The notes: a model not told the origin generated them from the letters alone. Positions 17,496 to 27,162 are shown, numbered from the stretch's first letter. The stretch: DNA of 64,000 nucleotides from Candidatus Nealsonbacteria bacterium (GCA_047456305.1 CP179888.1:381307-445306), one strand, 5' to 3'. Translations and numbers: made by a program.

Positions 17496-18004
17496 TGAGT
17501 ATCGATCCGGATCCCTCTGGGGTCCCACATATTGAAGAAAGTATTAGATATCTTATTTCTCATTATGATAACTTCGAATTTAAGAAGATGAAAAGTTCAG
17601 AATTTTTTGACAAATATAGAAATCAACTATCTGTCGACTTCAAAGGAAAAAGAGTATTGGGTATTATCGATGGCGACCATTCAGCATATGGGTGCATTCG
17701 AGACCTTTACGATTTCTATAGTATTGGAGCGGGCTTAATACTCGTAGATGATACTGTTTGGTTACCTCATATTGGTAGAATAGCTCGATTATTTGCGAAA
17801 CGGAAAGGATATGAATTTTTTGATTTCTCGCTTTATAACGGTATGGGTATATTGTATAAAAAACCTACCATTACTATCGGCACTTCTTCTGTATTTGACA
17901 AAATAATTTATTGGTTATGGTTTTTTGGGAACAATACAAATTTTCTCCACACTACTGTCAAATTTGTCCGTAAAGTAAAATCAATTATCAAAAAGTATTT
18001 TTAA
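17492..18004 (+). CDS. class I SAM-dependent methyltransferase, C-terminal fragment
   Basis: VMSIDPDP (beta-2/acidic motif), then VLGIIDGDHSAYGCIRDLYDFYSIGAGLILVDD (Methyltransf_24-like). This frame is open upstream to 17465. Confidence 0.6.
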   Translation: MMSIDPDPSGVPHIEESIRYLISHYDNFEFKKMKSSEFFDKYRNQLSVDFKGKRVLGIIDGDHSAYGCIRDLYDFYSIGAGLILVDDTVWLPHIGRIARLFAKRKGYEFFDFSLYNGMGILYKKPTITIGTSSVFDKIIYWLWFFGNNTNFLHTTVKFVRKVKSIIKKYF

Positions 18005-18128
18005 AAACTTATTATGATAAGTAAATCAAATAAAATTTGTCTGGTAACAACAACTATTAGTAAAGGCGATTTTCTTGATTATTATTTAGAGAAATTTATG
18101 TGGGCGAATGTGCCTTAAGTAAAATATT

Positions 18129-18842
18129 ATGAAGATCATAAAACGTCTTACATATAGCCGAAAATTTAGAAGATTAGCTCGATTCCTTCATCTTAGCAAT
18201 ATTCTCAGGAAATTATATTACTATTTCTTGCATCCACCAGATGGGATACTTACATTAGAAGTCAGTGGGATAACTGCTCAATTCTATATTCGGACACCTG
18301 GGGAATTAAGGGTGCTAGAATCAATGGGAGGAGAACAGCATATTTTAAAGCTATTAATTCCTAGACTCCGCCCAGGAGATGTCGTCTACGATATTGGAGG
18401 ATATGTTGGTCTCTATACTATTCTTCTAGCAAAAGTAGTAGGGCAAAAAGGTCAGGTGATTGCTTTTGAACCCCAGAGTCAAAATTTTGAGCATCTTTTA
18501 GATAACTTAAAGTTGAACCGTTTAACAAACGTTCGGGTTTTTCAAAAAGCCTTAGGCGATCGAGAAGAAAAAAGAAAGCTTTACTTAGGTGAGGGTACTT
18601 GGACTGCTAGTTTAGTTCGACCATTCAAAACAGAGACAGATTACACATTGGTAGAGCTTGTGAAAGGGGACCAATTCGTAAAGGCTGAGAATTTGTCTAT
18701 ACCAAAGGCGGTGAAGATTGATGTCGGGGGATACGAATATAATATGATTAAGGGGTTGCGTCGTACCCTAGCGCATCCCGCTTGTGAAATAGTATGCTGT
18801 GAGGTTCACCCCCCCCCTGTTACCAGCCGGAATTGCTTCTGA
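18129..18842 (+). CDS. FkbM-family methyltransferase, truncated by a frameshift at a C9 tract
   Basis: VVYDIGGYVGLYTILLAKVVGQKGQVIAFEPQSQNFEHLLDNLKLNRLTNVRVFQKALG. After C9 (18809-18817) the +1 frame continues with LLPAGIASDAIPGLLKSFGFKRVEIYP... and reaches TAA at 18967-18969. Confidence 0.75.
   Translation: MKIIKRLTYSRKFRRLARFLHLSNILRKLYYYFLHPPDGILTLEVSGITAQFYIRTPGELRVLESMGGEQHILKLLIPRLRPGDVVYDIGGYVGLYTILLAKVVGQKGQVIAFEPQSQNFEHLLDNLKLNRLTNVRVFQKALGDREEKRKLYLGEGTWTASLVRPFKTETDYTLVELVKGDQFVKAENLSIPKAVKIDVGGYEYNMIKGLRRTLAHPACEIVCCEVHPPPVTSRNCF
18809..18817 (+). repeat. homopolymer C9 inside the FkbM methyltransferase gene
   Basis: CACCCCCCCCCTG. Loss of one C restores a protein of about 279 aa. 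Confidence 0.9.
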
Positions 18843-19007
18843 TGCGATTCCCGGTTTGTTAAAATCATTCGGCTTTAAACGGGTCGAAATTTATCCTCGT
18901 GAGAGCGAGCACCATATAGTTGCTTATAAAACAGCTCTAACTAAAGAATTAAGAAATTCATCGAATTAACAAAGAGAGAGGATTAAAATGAAACCAAAAA
19001 ATAATCT

Positions 19008-20120
19008 ATGAAACAATGTTTAGTGCTCACAACCATTAATATACCTTATTTACTCCGCGATTATGCGAAAAATTTTGTAAAATATAAACACCAAAAAGAC
19101 GTTGAAATATTGGTTATTGGAGATATTAAGACACCGGCTAAAGTTAATTCTTTAATAGATGAGGTCAGGAGTTTGGGAGTATCGGCACACTATATTAATA
19201 TTTCCACTCAAAAGAATTGGTTGAGTAAATTTCCTACCTTAGATAATATTATTCCTTATAACTCAGATAATCGGCGCAATATTGGCTACTTGATGGCAGT
19301 TGAGCGAGGAGCTGGCATTATCGTTATCATTGATGATGATAACTTCGTGGATCCAAAGCAAGATTTCTTTAAGGATCATTCGATAGTTGGTCAAGTTGTC
19401 GAATTTGATGCAGTTAGTTCCGAAAGTGGCTGGTTTAATGTTTGCTCAATGTTAAAAGTAAAGCCAGATCGGGTTATTTTTCCTCGTGGTTTTCCTTATT
19501 CTAAGCGATGGAAAGGTGGAGATATTAGACAGCGGAGAACCCGCGGACGCGTAGTTATTAATGAAGGACTTTGGTTCAATGACCCGGACATTGATTCAAT
19601 TACAAGGTTGACAGAAGATGTAAAGGTAACAGGGATTATTAAAGATCGGTTGGTGCTGGATCAAGGTACTTTTGCTCCAATTAATACCCAAAATACTGCA
19701 TTCCACCGGGATATCTTACCATGTGCCTATTTTTTACTTATGGGTAAAAACATACGAGGCCTGAAGATTGACCGCTACGGCGATATTTGGTTTGGATTGT
19801 TCGCTAAAAAAATTATTGACCATTTGAATGACTACGTAAGTTTTGGAAAACCCTTTTCAATTCACCGGCGTAATCAACATAATCTTTTTAAAGATCTCCA
19901 GCAAGAACTTTGGGCAATAATCTTAACTGATACCTTGGTTGAATTCTTAGAATCTATAAACCTTAAAAGCTCCACTTATAACGACTGTTATCATGAGTTA
20001 GCTGATCAACTCGAGAAGTTTGCTTCAAATAACAAGAATTTGGATAAAGAAGTCCAGTCCTACTTTAAAGAGATTTCATCAGCTATGAGAGTTTGGTTGA
20101 GTGTTTGTGCATCTCTTTAG
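19008..20120 (+). CDS. putative glycosyltransferase (RGP/GT75-like, DDD motif)
   Basis: CLVLTTINIPYLL... and GIIVIIDDDNFV resemble the reversibly-glycosylated-polypeptide family. The assignment is tentative. Confidence 0.45.
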   Translation: MKQCLVLTTINIPYLLRDYAKNFVKYKHQKDVEILVIGDIKTPAKVNSLIDEVRSLGVSAHYINISTQKNWLSKFPTLDNIIPYNSDNRRNIGYLMAVERGAGIIVIIDDDNFVDPKQDFFKDHSIVGQVVEFDAVSSESGWFNVCSMLKVKPDRVIFPRGFPYSKRWKGGDIRQRRTRGRVVINEGLWFNDPDIDSITRLTEDVKVTGIIKDRLVLDQGTFAPINTQNTAFHRDILPCAYFLLMGKNIRGLKIDRYGDIWFGLFAKKIIDHLNDYVSFGKPFSIHRRNQHNLFKDLQQELWAIILTDTLVEFLESINLKSSTYNDCYHELADQLEKFASNNKNLDKEVQSYFKEISSAMRVWLSVCASL

Positions 20121-20166
20121 CAATAAAATTCAAGATTAATATCTCTCACTTAAATTAAGCGAATTT

Positions 20167-21390
20167 ATGAAGATTTTACTTGTACAACCATATGCACTTG
20201 GACCTGGTCATTATGAAGCTTACACCCAGAGATTGTGTGCGGGCTTTTGCAAATTAAGTGTGGATACCACTTTAATAACTGCTGCTGGAACAAGAGGAGG
20301 TTGGGAAAATGAATTGCCACTTCGGTCCCTCCAAGCAATGAAAGCTAATTCATCTTTTCTTTTCACTTTAGATGCTGGTAAAAAATTACAGGTAATCGAT
20401 AGAGTAATGGGACGAATACGCTTTCTCTGGACAAGTTGGGTTGTTGAAAGAGTAGCTTTTACTCATTTTGTTAAAGATGACTACGACATTTTACATTTTA
20501 TTGACGCTGAACCAATAACCCTATCGATACTTTTTTTGTTATTTGGTAAGCCCCAAAATGTTTTTTTGACCATTCCAGCACCTTATACCATTCCTGCTCG
20601 TGGAAAATCTATTTATCGATATACTTATGACCCCCTTAGAAGAGCCATGGCTCGTTGGCTATTTAAATATATCAAGCCCATTACTCATAGCCAACATGTT
20701 AAAAAATCTCTTTTTAATCTTAAAATTGTATCTAAGGTGGAAGTGCCGGTTATTCCTTGGGGAATCGATACTCCCTCCTTAACTTGCAACCGTTTAGAAG
20801 CTCGACAAAAATTAGGAATCAAAGAAGATTCTCCCATTTTAGGTTTTTTTGGTTACCTCCTTCCCCAAAAAGGATTTGATCTGGTCCTTAAAACCTGGCC
20901 CTCTTTAAACCAAAAATGCCTTCTTTTAGCTTTTGTTCATTCGGATAGACCTGGTGGGGAAAGCAAGATTAGAAATCGAGTCCAGGAAGCAGGTATTAAT
21001 AATCGCACTCTTATTAAATTTGGTTATGCTTCAGAAAAGGAGTTAGCCCTCCATATTCGGGCCTGCGATGGTATTCTCTTGCCTTATCAAAAAACCTTTC
21101 AAGGAGAAAGTGGCATTATGGCTTTGGCCCTTTCTCACCAAATTCCCTTAATTGCTGCTAATACCGGTAGAATAGGGGAGGTGGTTTCTCAAAACAATCT
21201 TGGGATTATATTTAAACCAGATTCTTCCTTGTCATTTAAGGAGGGGATAGATAAATTTCTTAATTTTAAAAAAGAAGAAATTAATCAAATAAAAAAGAAT
21301 ATTAACTTGTATACTAAATTGTATAGTTGGAAAGAAATTGCCAATCAGCACTTAATGGCCTACCAGAAAGATAAAAAATATGAGCGATGA
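20167..21390 (+). CDS. glycosyltransferase family 4 (GT-B)
   Basis: The C-terminal half resembles glycos_transf_1 (ILGFFGYLLPQKGFDL..., LLPYQKTFQGESGIMALALSHQIPLIA). Confidence 0.7.
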   Translation: MKILLVQPYALGPGHYEAYTQRLCAGFCKLSVDTTLITAAGTRGGWENELPLRSLQAMKANSSFLFTLDAGKKLQVIDRVMGRIRFLWTSWVVERVAFTHFVKDDYDILHFIDAEPITLSILFLLFGKPQNVFLTIPAPYTIPARGKSIYRYTYDPLRRAMARWLFKYIKPITHSQHVKKSLFNLKIVSKVEVPVIPWGIDTPSLTCNRLEARQKLGIKEDSPILGFFGYLLPQKGFDLVLKTWPSLNQKCLLLAFVHSDRPGGESKIRNRVQEAGINNRTLIKFGYASEKELALHIRACDGILLPYQKTFQGESGIMALALSHQIPLIAANTGRIGEVVSQNNLGIIFKPDSSLSFKEGIDKFLNFKKEEINQIKKNINLYTKLYSWKEIANQHLMAYQKDKKYER

Positions 21391-22645
21391 GAGAGAAAAA
21401 TTAAAAGTTTTAGTGTGCGCCTATGCCTGCCAACCAGGAGGTTCTTTAAAATGGGTGGGGCTTGGAGAGTTGATTTTGGGTTGGAACATTGTTAACCAAC
21501 TTGGTCGGTTTCATCGAATTTGGGTTTTGACCCATTCTCAGAATCGTGCTGGTATAGAAGCTGCACTTCAAAAAAAAATTCTCTCTAATGTCCATTTTTA
21601 TTATATTGATTTACCCGCTTTATTCAGACCTTTATTAAATTTTGAAGGAGGTATTCACCTCTATGCTTATTTGTGGCAAATAAAAGCATATTTTGTATCC
21701 CGTAAATTACATCAAAAGCTTCATTTTGATGTTTTTCACCATGTTACTTATGCCAATGACTGGATGGCTTCTTTCATTGGTGCTTTATTGCCCATTCCCT
21801 ACATTAGAGGACCAGGGGGAGGGGCTCATTGTGTTCCAAAAGGTTTTTTTCAAGAATTCTCCTTTCGAGAGCATTTCTGGGATCTGCTTCGTGCAATTGG
21901 ACAATGGCTCTTTCGGCATGATATATTTTTCATATTGGGTCAGCGGCGTGCCCGGGCGATTATGGTTTGTAGCCGTGAATCACTGGGGGCAATACCTGAA
22001 AAGTGGCGGCAAAAAACCCATCTTTTCCCAGTAAACGGAATAACGAGAAGAGATTTGACCCTCCTTGCTCCAAGAAAAATAAACAGTAATAAATTCCGCG
22101 TTTTTTCTGTTGGCAAATTAATCCGAATTAAAGCCTTTAACTTAGCAATAAAAGCTTTTAAAATCTTTGCCGATAAAGTTCCAGAAGCTGAATTAACTAT
22201 TATTGGTGATGGGCCAGAACTTACACGATTGAAAAATTTATCTTCCAAATTGGACCTTGAGAAAAAAGTTCATTTTCTAGGTTGGTTACCTCGGGAGGAA
22301 TTATTATTTAAAATGCCTTCATTCGATGTATTTCTTTTTCCCGGCTTGGGTGGAACGGTAGTAATGGAAGCAATGGCCGCTGGTAAACCAGTGATCTGCC
22401 TTGATATCGCGAGTCCTGGGATAAATGTTACAAATGACTGTGGTATAAAAATCAAACCTTATTCTCCTGACCAGGTAATCAAAAAAATGGCAGAAGCTTT
22501 AGAACGTTTATATCGAGACAAAGAATTAAGGCTTCGATTAGGAAATGCAGCCAGAATCCGGGTAGAGAGAGAGTATCGCTGGGATCGTTTAGGCGAACGC
22601 CTACTAAAAATCTATCAAGAAGTTCTAAGAAAAAATAAAGCATGA
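21380..22645 (+). CDS. glycosyltransferase family 4 (GT-B)
   Basis: GDGPELTRLKNLSSKLDLEKKVHFLGWLPREEL...VMEAMAAGKPVICLD is a typical group-1 GT signature. Confidence 0.8.
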   Translation: MSDEREKLKVLVCAYACQPGGSLKWVGLGELILGWNIVNQLGRFHRIWVLTHSQNRAGIEAALQKKILSNVHFYYIDLPALFRPLLNFEGGIHLYAYLWQIKAYFVSRKLHQKLHFDVFHHVTYANDWMASFIGALLPIPYIRGPGGGAHCVPKGFFQEFSFREHFWDLLRAIGQWLFRHDIFFILGQRRARAIMVCSRESLGAIPEKWRQKTHLFPVNGITRRDLTLLAPRKINSNKFRVFSVGKLIRIKAFNLAIKAFKIFADKVPEAELTIIGDGPELTRLKNLSSKLDLEKKVHFLGWLPREELLFKMPSFDVFLFPGLGGTVVMEAMAAGKPVICLDIASPGINVTNDCGIKIKPYSPDQVIKKMAEALERLYRDKELRLRLGNAARIRVEREYRWDRLGERLLKIYQEVLRKNKA

Positions 22646-24021
22646 AATCTGTTACTTTAACTACTTCAATTAAAGACCAACCCACAATAAAAAATAAGAT
22701 TTTAGACACAGATCAAAAGTTGGCGCCTGGTTTATTGCTAAGCCTAATACTTTGGCTTATGCTTTGGGTGGGATATAATATTGGAATCGAACGAGCAATT
22801 TCTCCTGGTTTTCCACATAGCACACTCGATTTAATTCATAGGGTTCGCGCCTTTCTGCCCCTTTCGTCTGCTTATTTAGCCATTATCTTACTATTGGGAC
22901 GGCATCCTCTTTCCATAAGGCTCTTTAGAGGTCCTTTGGGCCTGCTGGCACTCTACACTATTTTTGGTATTACTTCGTCAATACTTTCAAGGGAACCGTT
23001 TACGGCTTTATCCTGGGCTATTTTGTATGGTGCTGTTTTGATAGTGGTCTGGGCAATTTCGGTTGGTTCAAATTCGTTGTCTCGTCTTTCCTCCGTCATT
23101 AATCTTAACTGGGCTATCGTTGCTGTCGTGGGAGTTTCCTTACTTGTGTTTTTTCTATTTCAGCCAGGCGTAATTTCATCGCTAATCGCTGGTAATTTTC
23201 CGGTTGGAAGACCTTATGGGGAATTAGCAGGAGAGGAAAAGGAAATAATGGGAATGCCAGGAACCCGTCCCACCGGTCTTGGAAGATATGCTGGGGTAGT
23301 AGCAATTGTTTTCTTGGCCAGACTTTTATTTCCTAAAAAGAGGTCAAAGTCTCTTTGGTTTTTCTTATTCCTCTTTTTTCTATTTTTACTTATTTTTTCC
23401 CAGGCCCGGACAGCCATTTTAGCTTTTCTTGCTGGAGGGCTTTTGATTCTTTGGTTGAAGACTCGGTCAAAACTCCTCTTAACCTTCGGAATAATCTTTG
23501 GTCTCTTTCTCCTTGGTCTGACCGGATTTTACCAGGCTTTTTATACCTATTTAATAGAAAAGATGCCTTTTGTTTTTACTTTAAGCGGTCGAACTATTGG
23601 CGTCTGGCCCGAGGCTTGGCAGTTTTTTTTGAGTTCGCCATTTTTAGGTTGGGGATTTCATGCCGATAGAATTTTTTTAGAAGGCCAGCATATCCACAAC
23701 GCCGTTCTTCATGCACTAGTTCAAACAGGATTAATTGGCACTATTTTTTTTGTCTCCGCCTTTATTTGGGCCTGGATCATTTTATTTCGGCTTCTTAAAC
23801 AGCCACGATTTCAAAAAACGGAAAAGCCTCGTTTAATTGAGATAGCCGGGGTGCTGGCTTTTTTTACAGTCAGAAGTATTACCGAATCAACCGGAGCATT
23901 TTTTGGGGCGGACTGGATTTTGCTGGCTCCTCTTTTGGCCTATATTACAATTCTAAATCAGAGAAATTTTTATTTTAAGTCAGTGAAAGGACAATATATT
24001 AAGAAAAAAGAAGTTGCTTAA
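22642..24021 (+). CDS. O-antigen polymerase/ligase (Wzy)-family membrane protein
   Basis: Polytopic membrane protein with the Wzy_C-like motif GQHIHNAVLHALVQTGLIGTIFF. Confidence 0.75.
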   Translation: MKSVTLTTSIKDQPTIKNKILDTDQKLAPGLLLSLILWLMLWVGYNIGIERAISPGFPHSTLDLIHRVRAFLPLSSAYLAIILLLGRHPLSIRLFRGPLGLLALYTIFGITSSILSREPFTALSWAILYGAVLIVVWAISVGSNSLSRLSSVINLNWAIVAVVGVSLLVFFLFQPGVISSLIAGNFPVGRPYGELAGEEKEIMGMPGTRPTGLGRYAGVVAIVFLARLLFPKKRSKSLWFFLFLFFLFLLIFSQARTAILAFLAGGLLILWLKTRSKLLLTFGIIFGLFLLGLTGFYQAFYTYLIEKMPFVFTLSGRTIGVWPEAWQFFLSSPFLGWGFHADRIFLEGQHIHNAVLHALVQTGLIGTIFFVSAFIWAWIILFRLLKQPRFQKTEKPRLIEIAGVLAFFTVRSITESTGAFFGADWILLAPLLAYITILNQRNFYFKSVKGQYIKKKEVA

Positions 24022-24024
24022 TCT

Positions 24025-24810
24025 ATGGTGAAAAATAACTTCAAACAAATTCCATCTATTCAGATTTTAGGCAGCAGGGTCCATATGGTTCAAATTCCAG
24101 AAGTAGTGGAGCTCATAGCTCATTGGATTGAAAAGGAGTCTCAAAAATACCATTGGATTGTTGTTACTGGTATGCATGGGGTGATGGAAGCTTACAGAGA
24201 TGTAAAATTCAAAGCCATTCTTAACTCAGCTGATCTTTTTGTTCCAGACGGGATTTCTCTAATTTGGATAGCTCGTTATCGAGGTTTTCCCCTTAAAAAA
24301 AGAGTATCTGGAGCTGACTTAATGTGGGAATATTTTAAACTTGCCAACAAAAAAGGTTATCGGAATTTTTTCTATGGCGATACCAAAGAGACGCTTCAGG
24401 AGTTAGCTAAAAAGCTGTTAATAGATTTCCCCGAGCTTAAAATAGTAGGTCTTTATTCTCCTCCATTTCGGGCTTTAACTCCAGAAGAAGATGCAGAGAT
24501 TGTCAGGAAAATCAACGAAAAAAAACCAGATATTCTTTGGGTGGCTCTTGGTTTACCGGAGCAGGAACGTTGGATATTTGAACACCGAGACAAATTGGAA
24601 ATCCCTGTAGTAATAGGCGTTGGGGCAGCTTTTAAGTTTTTAAGTGGTAAAGTAAAAAGAGCTCCGGCCTGGTTAGGAGATTTGGGATTAGAATGGTTGT
24701 GGAGATTTTTTCACGAACCCCGGAAACTTTGGCGTCGAGTTTTTTTAGACATACCTGCTTTTATTTTTTTAGTTTTACTTGAATTGATTGGATTTAAAAC
24801 TAAAAAATGA
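24025..24810 (+). CDS. WecG/TagA/CpsF-family glycosyltransferase (GT26)
   Basis: ADLFVPDGISLIWIARYRG..., PDILWVALGLPEQERWI, VGAAFKFLSGKVKRAP. Confidence 0.85.
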   Translation: MVKNNFKQIPSIQILGSRVHMVQIPEVVELIAHWIEKESQKYHWIVVTGMHGVMEAYRDVKFKAILNSADLFVPDGISLIWIARYRGFPLKKRVSGADLMWEYFKLANKKGYRNFFYGDTKETLQELAKKLLIDFPELKIVGLYSPPFRALTPEEDAEIVRKINEKKPDILWVALGLPEQERWIFEHRDKLEIPVVIGVGAAFKFLSGKVKRAPAWLGDLGLEWLWRFFHEPRKLWRRVFLDIPAFIFLVLLELIGFKTKK

Positions 24811-24824
24811 TAAAATAAAATAAT

Positions 24825-25796
24825 ATGGAAAAAACAGAAAAAATTTTAGTTACGGGTGCAGGTGGTTTTATTGGCCATTATTTAGTTAGATTTTTAAAGA
24901 AAAAAGGATATTGGGTAAGAGGAGTTGATATTAAATATCCAGAATTCTCTTCAAAAGATGAAGCTGATGAATTTTTATTATTAGATTTAAGATTCTTAGA
25001 TAATTGCCTTAAAGCGACTAAAGGAATAGATGAAGTTTATGCCTTAGCTGCCAATATGGGCGGAATTGGATTTATTACCTTTCACACCTCAGACGTTCTT
25101 TATGATAATGTTTGCATTAATGCTAACACAGCCGAGGCTTCCAAGAGAAATGGAGTTAAAAGATTACTCTTTTCTTCATCAGCTTGTATTTATCCAACAT
25201 TCAAACAAGAAAATCCAGACGTAACAGCGTTGAAAGAAAGCGATGCTTATCCGGCTTTTCCTGATAATGAATATGGATGGGAGAAATTATTTTCAGAAAG
25301 ATTATATAAAAGTTACTCTGATTTTTATGGGGTGAGAATAACTAGATACCATAATATCTATGGGCCAGAAGGAACTTTCGAAGGAGGAAGAGAAAAAGCG
25401 CCGGCTGCACTCTGTCGGAAAATAGCTTTAGTCAAAGACGGAGGAGAGATTGAGGTGTGGGGAGATGGAAATCAGACGCGATCATTCTATTATATAGATG
25501 ATTGCTTAGAAGGAACTTATAAATTAATGAGGTCAAATTATAAAGAACCTCTAAATGTTGGTTCTGACAGATTAATAACTATTAATGATTTTATAGATTT
25601 AATTGCTAATATTGCGGGCAAGAAAATCAAAAAGAGACACAATTTAACTAAACCCCAAGGAGTGAGGGGTAGAAATTCTGATAATACTCTTTGTAAAAAG
25701 ATTCTTAATTGGAAATCTAAGATTCCCCTTGAAGAGGGTTTAAAAAGAACCTACCAATGGATTGAAAAAGAACTAAGAAAGCAGGGAAGAATTTAA
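24825..25796 (+). CDS. NAD-dependent epimerase, GDP-mannose 3,5-epimerase-like
   Basis: VTGAGGFIGHYL. A long stretch (AANMGGIGFI...GVKRLLFSSSACIYP...LKESDAYPAFPDNEYGWEKL...RYHNIYGPEGTFEGGREKAPAALCRK) closely follows the GME family pattern. Confidence 0.8.
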   Translation: MEKTEKILVTGAGGFIGHYLVRFLKKKGYWVRGVDIKYPEFSSKDEADEFLLLDLRFLDNCLKATKGIDEVYALAANMGGIGFITFHTSDVLYDNVCINANTAEASKRNGVKRLLFSSSACIYPTFKQENPDVTALKESDAYPAFPDNEYGWEKLFSERLYKSYSDFYGVRITRYHNIYGPEGTFEGGREKAPAALCRKIALVKDGGEIEVWGDGNQTRSFYYIDDCLEGTYKLMRSNYKEPLNVGSDRLITINDFIDLIANIAGKKIKKRHNLTKPQGVRGRNSDNTLCKKILNWKSKIPLEEGLKRTYQWIEKELRKQGRI

Positions 25797-25797
25797 A

Positions 25798-27120
25798 ATG
25801 CAAAAAAAGATTTTTTTAAAATTCGTTCTTATAATTGGAGATGTTTTTTTAATGTATGGGGCTTTGCTTTTGACTCTAGCCTTAAGATACAGAGATTTTT
25901 CTTTCCTGCCAGGTTCCCAAACTAAAATTTTTCTTTTTCATTTTTCTTTTATTTATCTATTTTGGCTTTTTTTTCTCTTTCTCCTAGATTTTTATGAAAT
26001 TCCGCCCTTCAAAAAAGTTTTCGATTTTTTCTCTAATTTAATAATTTTCCTTTTTTTGGCTGGCACCTTTGGAATAATTTATTTTTATCTCCGGCCTCAG
26101 ATGATTATTACTCCAAAGACCATTTTAGTTTTAGATGTTTTAATATTTGGGCTTTTTCTTTGCGGTTGGCGATATGTTTTTAGTTGGATTTTAAAACTTC
26201 AGAATTTTAGAGAAAAAATGGTAATAATTGGCTTTCAGCCAGAACTTAAAGATATATCATCAAACCTACTTTACCAAAATGGGTATGAAATTGTAGCGTC
26301 TTTTGACCCCGATTCTTTTGAGATTTCTAAACTCAAAGAAATAATAGAGAAAGAAAATATTAATTCAATAGTTTTTGCTTTAGATTTTCACAAAAATGAA
26401 GAATTAGTACAGCAGATTTTTCAAAATTTACCTCTTAAATTGAACTATATTAGCTTCGTCGATTTTTATGAGTCATTAACTAAAAAAGTACCTATTGAAG
26501 GTATCAGCGAAATCTGGTTTTTAGAGAATCTCTCCCGGGCGGAAAGAAAAATTGATGAAGTCCTAAAACGGAGTTTCGATATTATATTTTCCTTAATTGG
26601 ACTTTTAATTACTGCTATTTTGTTTCCCTTCATTGCTTTAGCGATAAAATTAGATTCTCCTGGTTCTATTTTTTATATTCAAAAAAGAGTTGGTAAAGAT
26701 AGAAAAATTTTTACTTTATATAAATTTCGAACTATGAAAGAAAGCCCAAATCAATACAAAGAACCCTGGAGGGAGAGGGATCCCAGCCAGATTACCAGAG
26801 TCGGTAAGGTATTACGAAAAACTAATTTAGATGAATTTCCTCAATTTTGGAGTATTTTAAAAGGAGATTTGAGCTTTATTGGACCAAGGGCAGAATGGGA
26901 AAAATTGGCTAGGGTTTTTGAAAAAGAAATTCCTTTTTATTCTCAACGTTGTCTAATAAGACCTGGCTTTACTGGTTGGGCCCAAATTAATTTCCCCCCT
27001 TCTACCTCAATTGAAGAAGCAAAAGAGAAATTTAAATATGACCTTTACTATATTAAAAATCGCTCCTTCTTTTTGGATTTGGGAATTATTTTAAAAACGA
27101 TTAGAATCATTTTTAAATAG
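25798..27120 (+). CDS. polyprenyl-phosphate glycosyl-1-phosphate transferase (WbaP/EpsB-type bacterial sugar transferase)
   Basis: KRSFDIIFSLIGLLIT...LDSPGSIFYIQKRVGKDRKIFTLYKFRTM...DEFPQFWSILKGDLSFIGPRAE. Confidence 0.9.
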   Translation: MQKKIFLKFVLIIGDVFLMYGALLLTLALRYRDFSFLPGSQTKIFLFHFSFIYLFWLFFLFLLDFYEIPPFKKVFDFFSNLIIFLFLAGTFGIIYFYLRPQMIITPKTILVLDVLIFGLFLCGWRYVFSWILKLQNFREKMVIIGFQPELKDISSNLLYQNGYEIVASFDPDSFEISKLKEIIEKENINSIVFALDFHKNEELVQQIFQNLPLKLNYISFVDFYESLTKKVPIEGISEIWFLENLSRAERKIDEVLKRSFDIIFSLIGLLITAILFPFIALAIKLDSPGSIFYIQKRVGKDRKIFTLYKFRTMKESPNQYKEPWRERDPSQITRVGKVLRKTNLDEFPQFWSILKGDLSFIGPRAEWEKLARVFEKEIPFYSQRCLIRPGFTGWAQINFPPSTSIEEAKEKFKYDLYYIKNRSFFLDLGIILKTIRIIFK

Positions 27121-27162
27121 ACATTCCCCGAAGGTAAATTATTTGCTATAATTAGAAAATAC

